From the NCBI GenBank assembly GCA_001785865.1, contig MFUZ01000006.1, forward strand, positions 242,315-306,314: DNA of 64,000 nt. Reading direction: 5' to 3'. This document shows positions 61,397-64,000 of this stretch, one piece after another. The DNA comes from Candidatus Nomurabacteria bacterium RIFCSPLOWO2_01_FULL_41_18 (lineage in GTDB: Bacteria; Patescibacteriota; Minisyncoccia; Phycocordibacterales; UBA9973). The notes below the pieces were generated by a model. The model saw only the letters and a program-made list of their open reading frames with translations, was not told the DNA's origin and ran no database searches. Numbering within the stretch: position 1 is the stretch's first letter; each line of letters starts with the position of its first letter. The position numbers were made by a program, and so were the translations under genes.

Positions 61397-61885
61397 TTAT
61401 ATCTTCTTTTTATTTTTAATTTTTTTATATTTCTTTACTTTTTTCACTAATTCCGAAGAACTCTGCACTTTGCCTCCATAGCCAATGTCATTTATTATCT
61501 CACAACCTATTTTATTACAAACTAAAACTTCAGGAGTTGGAATATTGCCTACATGGCGATCTCCGCCTTTTGCAAAAATATGCGGACGAATAGACAATAA
61601 ATCTTTACTGATACTTATATCTTTTGTGCCCTTCTTGTGACTAGTTAAAATAACTCTGTCAACTGCGCTGAATGCTTCAAGGATTTCTTTTCGTTCGTGC
61701 TCGGGCATAAAAGCATAACCCTTTTTGAGTTTTAACCAATTGTCGTTGTTGAGAAGCACCACGAGCTCATCACCGAGTTTCTTTGCCTCTTCAAACATTC
61801 GAACATGACCAATGTGAACAGGGTCAAATCCCCCACTGACCATAACTATCTTTTTAGATTTTTTAGATGATTTTTTTTTAATCAT
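61397..61885 (-). CDS. cytidylyltransferase-like nucleotidyltransferase (HldE/RfaE domain II-type sugar-phosphate adenylyltransferase)
   Basis: GGFDPVHIGHVRMF (H/T)xGH motif and nucleotide-binding ISKDLLS. Confidence 0.6.
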   Translation of the reverse strand: MIKKKSSKKSKKIVMVSGGFDPVHIGHVRMFEEAKKLGDELVVLLNNDNWLKLKKGYAFMPEHERKEILEAFSAVDRVILTSHKKGTKDISISKDLLSIRPHIFAKGGDRHVGNIPTPEVLVCNKIGCEIINDIGYGGKVQSSSELVKKVKKYKKIKNKKKI

Positions 61886-61938
61886 ATAATTATGATTATG
61901 CTAAAATTCTAAAAATACAAAGGGGTATCCGTCTTGTT

Positions 61939-62064
61939 TTACCTACTTTTTCTTCGGAGAGCTTTCTTTGCAAGCATGGCATGCTTGATTGCCAGCCTTT
62001 TTTTAGTCTTATGTGAATGTCTAGATCTGTTTTTAAGACCCAGCGTTGTACTTCTTTTTGCCAT
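61939..62064 (-). CDS. small highly basic 41-aa protein (possible unrecognised ribosomal protein)
   Basis: MAKRSTTLGLKNRSRHSHKTKKRLAIKHAMLAKKALRRKSR; 17 of 41 residues K/R/H; not on ORF track. Confidence 0.35.
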   Translation of the reverse strand: MAKRSTTLGLKNRSRHSHKTKKRLAIKHAMLAKKALRRKSR

Positions 62065-62092
62065 ATTTCCATTGTAGCATAATTTTCATCTC

Positions 62093-63154
62093 GTGTATAA
62101 TGTCGTAATGAGCTATAAATTTTTCACTAGTTCGGAAAAAACCTGGAAATCCATGTTCCGCGCCGTATCGGAAGCGAGAAAATCCATATATTTGGAGATG
62201 TATATTTTTGATAATGAGATGGAAGAGTATGATTTCTTCACCCTGCTCCAGAAAAAAGCAAGGCAAGGCTTGCGGGTAAAAATGGTAATCGACTATTTTG
62301 GCAGTCTCAGCTTGAGCAATAAAGAGATCGCTGAACTCAAAGCCTCCGGAGTGGAAGTCCTCTCCTTGAGCCATCTGTTCTATCGCATGCATAGAAAGAT
62401 CTTGATCGTAGACGAGCAAGTCGCCTTTATCGGCGGAGTGAATATATATAGAGCCTCCAGATTTTGGAATGATCTCATGGTGGAAATCACAGGCTCTCTG
62501 GTCAAAAAAATAGTTTTGTCTTTTGCGAAGTCATACCGGGGCGCTGGAGGCAGAGACCCTCTTTTTATCGGTGATAATGATGGAATAGTAAGAACAATTG
62601 CGAGCACCTGGATCGTAGAGCATTCCCCTGTCGGAAAAAAATTTCAGCTCAAAAGGATCTACAAGAAATATCTACATGAAGCTATCTCTGAGATCATCCT
62701 CGTCACTCCATATTTCATCCCGAAGCGCTGGCTACGAGCAGCGCTCCATCAGGCAGTCTTGCGTGGAGTTCGAGTGGAGATATTGATCCCCTCGACTGCG
62801 GAACATTTCTTTCTTGACCGCTTGAATTATTTCTACATATACAAGCTTTCCAAGCTAGGTGTCGTGTTTTACATGCTGAAAAAAACAAATCATGCAAAAG
62901 CGATGATCATAGACGGCAAAGAAGCCATGGTCGGATCGCCAAACCTTGACTTTCTGTCCTTTGATTTCAATTCGGAAATAGGCATCTTCTTCAAGGAAAA
63001 AGAAGCGGTTGCCAAACTCTCTCGGATCGTAAGGGTGTGGAAAAAAGACGCGGTCTTATTCGACCACAAAACTTATAAACCAAAATGGTTCGACTACATT
63101 TTGTCGCCCATTATAAACATGCTATCTCTGTTCTATAGGCTGTTCGTGGATTAG
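62093..63154 (+). CDS. phospholipase D-family protein (cardiolipin synthase-like)
   Basis: Two HKD motifs: HRKILIVDEQVAFIGGVNI and HAKAMIIDGKEAMVGSPNLD. Confidence 0.7.
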   Translation: MYNVVMSYKFFTSSEKTWKSMFRAVSEARKSIYLEMYIFDNEMEEYDFFTLLQKKARQGLRVKMVIDYFGSLSLSNKEIAELKASGVEVLSLSHLFYRMHRKILIVDEQVAFIGGVNIYRASRFWNDLMVEITGSLVKKIVLSFAKSYRGAGGRDPLFIGDNDGIVRTIASTWIVEHSPVGKKFQLKRIYKKYLHEAISEIILVTPYFIPKRWLRAALHQAVLRGVRVEILIPSTAEHFFLDRLNYFYIYKLSKLGVVFYMLKKTNHAKAMIIDGKEAMVGSPNLDFLSFDFNSEIGIFFKEKEAVAKLSRIVRVWKKDAVLFDHKTYKPKWFDYILSPIINMLSLFYRLFVD

Positions 63155-63157
63155 GGA

Positions 63158-63742
63158 CTATTTTTGTTTTTTAAGCCAATCGATCATCTTGCTGAAAGTG
63201 CTAGCGCCTGATTCTCCGTCCGCAGTCAAGCCCGCATCCTTTTGGAATGCCTTAACCGCGGAGACCGTACCCGCTCCATAATCGTTATCCACCCTGTTTG
63301 AAGTATTGTTATAAATATTCAGGAATTTTTGCACCGTGCCGACTCTCGTGCCATTCGATTTGAGCTTCATCAAGATATTTTCGTCTATCAGTTTTTGCAA
63401 TTCGTTTATGAGCGTCTGATGCTTGTACATAGTTGCCACCGGTGCTTCTGGATTTTTCTCTACGATCGGCGCTGCGACCTCTTCCCTTGCTTGCAAGATC
63501 GCAAGTTCGGCGCCGAGGCGCTTGATTTCTTTCTTGTAATTTTCATTTTCCTTTTCCAGCTGTTTTACTTTCTGGCTGGCTACGTATTCTGTGCCAGACT
63601 GGATGGTATTTACCGACCAATACAGGGCGAGAGCGAGCAAGGACAAAACAACAATTGAGAATAAAATAAGTTTTAATTTTTCCATATGCTTATATATTAC
63701 CAAACACCGAAAAAAAATGATAGTGTCGAGGCAAGACTCCAT
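63158..63742 (-). CDS. membrane-anchored coiled-coil protein with C-terminal peptidoglycan-binding (PG_binding_1) domain
   Basis: N-terminal TM, coiled coil, DNDYGAGTVSAVKAFQKDAGLTADG motif. Confidence 0.5.
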   Translation of the reverse strand: MESCLDTIIFFRCLVIYKHMEKLKLILFSIVVLSLLALALYWSVNTIQSGTEYVASQKVKQLEKENENYKKEIKRLGAELAILQAREEVAAPIVEKNPEAPVATMYKHQTLINELQKLIDENILMKLKSNGTRVGTVQKFLNIYNNTSNRVDNDYGAGTVSAVKAFQKDAGLTADGESGASTFSKMIDWLKKQK

Positions 63743-63827
63743 ATTTTACTAGCTTGTAAATGCTTTAATGTTGTTTTTCCTGCAATTTCTGATACTATGA
63801 TAAAAGTTCTTTCTAGAATAAATAAAT

Positions 63828-63902
63828 TCCGGGGTAGCTCAGCGGTAGAGCGGTCGCCTGTTAAGCGATTGGTCGTAGGTTCGATCCCTACCCCCGGAGC
63901 CA
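63828..63902 (+). tRNA. tRNA-Asn (anticodon GTT)
   Basis: TCCGGGG/CCCCGGA acceptor, anticodon loop CTGTTAA, TTCGATC T-loop, encoded CCA. Confidence 0.85.
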
Positions 63903-64000
63903 GTATGATATACTGTAATAATTAATGAAAATTAGAATTAGTTTAATAGCCATTTTCTCTATAATATTCATGACGGCTTTGCTCTGTTTTTCCATTTTTC

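Noticed and set aside
63791-63819. Promoter for tRNA-Asn (TAGAAT -10 at 63814-63819 with weak GATACT -35)
   Set aside because: The -10 is plausible, but the -35 is poor and alternative hexamers exist. It was not confident enough to list as a feature.

Overview
This window is an AT-rich, gene-dense stretch with mostly housekeeping content, read in the standard genetic code (long ORFs are intact). The gene repertoire resembles a small-genome CPR/Patescibacteria-like bacterium (a lamin-tail-domain protein, a giant tail-fibre-like surface protein, split transketolase, truncated ValRS); this is an inference, not a taxonomic assignment. Recognisable genes: partial tsaD, valS, a PrsW-like protease, Hsp20, a glutaredoxin-like protein, ppsA, eno, pyrD, a MOFRL glycerate kinase with a 2-hydroxyacid dehydrogenase, an FtsB-like protein, lepA, an ABC exporter, murJ, an O-antigen-ligase/TPR protein, leuS, an RlmI-like methyltransferase, GrpB, a PaaX-like regulator, ychF, a two-component/ECF-sigma block (PAS, GAF-histidine kinase, NUDIX, P-loop kinase, OmpR regulator, sigma factor), a pentose-phosphate/glycolysis block (PfkB kinase, split transketolase, Rpe-like, IMPase, rpiB, gap), Fic, GIY-YIG, dnaE, pth, lepB, hisS, def, fmt, hpf, a glycan-metabolism block (GT4-hydrolase fusion, GH130, cupin, adenylyltransferase) and a PLD-type cardiolipin synthase. 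Four tRNAs are present (Phe-GAA, Arg-CCT, Gly-CCC, Asn-GTT). The most unusual signal is a set of short GC-rich palindromic elements sitting in-frame inside conserved genes. One family, CCCCTCGCCTTC..AGGAGAGGG..GGGGTGAGG, has copies in lepA, leuS and the giant fibre gene, each encoding an SPQPSP..GG-like insert. Other in-frame GC hairpins lie in tsaD, the RlmI-like gene, fmt and eno. This is reminiscent of Rickettsia palindromic elements. Other notable items: a 32-34 bp perfect palindrome found twice at convergent gene ends; a PaaX-like gene bracketed by a 22-bp motif and a 40-bp perfect palindrome; a structured leader with mutually exclusive pairings upstream of the 2-hydroxyacid dehydrogenase/glycerate kinase operon; a 130-bp nested inverted-repeat GC-rich element between lepA and the FtsB-like gene; and a 1425-aa tail-fibre-like protein with a peptidase S74 chaperone domain, a dispersed intragenic DNA repeat and a (PE)n hexanucleotide repeat.
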